A DNA stretch of 63,305 nucleotides, the filler included, from Octopus bimaculoides (taxonomy: Eukaryota): NCBI RefSeq assembly GCF_001194135.2. It is 3 parts of 3 records of this genome, joined end to end, with 100 filler letters (N's around TTAATTAATTAA, not from the genome) between each part and the next. Parts side by side here need not be neighbours in the genome. Positions count along the whole stretch, not along the records: positions 34,208 to 63,305 come from NC_069004.1; 2 more parts are not named here. One strand, written 5' to 3'. Positions 63,276 through 63,305 of the stretch are shown one piece after another; within the stretch, counting starts at the first letter, position 1, and every line of letters starts with the position of its first letter. The position numbers and the translations under genes are program-made. Below the pieces are notes generated by a model. The model had not been told where the DNA came from, searched no databases, and was given only the letters and a program-made list of their open reading frames with translations.

Positions 63276-63305
63276 GCATATGAAATACATACATACATAC
63301 ATACA

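Overview
AT-rich, gapped eukaryotic genomic DNA packed with microsatellites. The repeat landscape looks like an octopod cephalopod (inference, not verified). One host gene is supported: a PAP2/lipid-phosphate phosphatase (PLPP/wunen family) on the + strand. Four of its coding exons are complete (451-602, 3967-4024, 4591-4767, 5811-5957) and one runs into a gap (from 1810); its first exon is not identified and probably lies upstream of the window. The remaining ~57 kb is mostly mobile-element remnants: RTE LINEs carrying a PHD finger inside the reverse transcriptase, R4/Dong-like and CRE-like restriction-endonuclease retroposons, three Penelope-like coding remnants, two mariner relics, MITEs, a probable non-autonomous Helitron, and several modular tRNA-derived SINE families. 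The most interesting signals are four hammerhead-ribozyme-like motifs (two in sense orientation inside the PLPP introns, two as an inverted pair around a (GAA)n tract), two ~200-bp-arm near-perfect fold-backs, head-to-tail SINE arrays joined by (TAA)n, and the PHD-in-RT LINE. Two artificial N44-TTAATTAATTAA-N44 spacers indicate three joined scaffolds. No prokaryotic features or CRISPR arrays were seen. Repeat boundaries are approximate; all alignments were done by eye.
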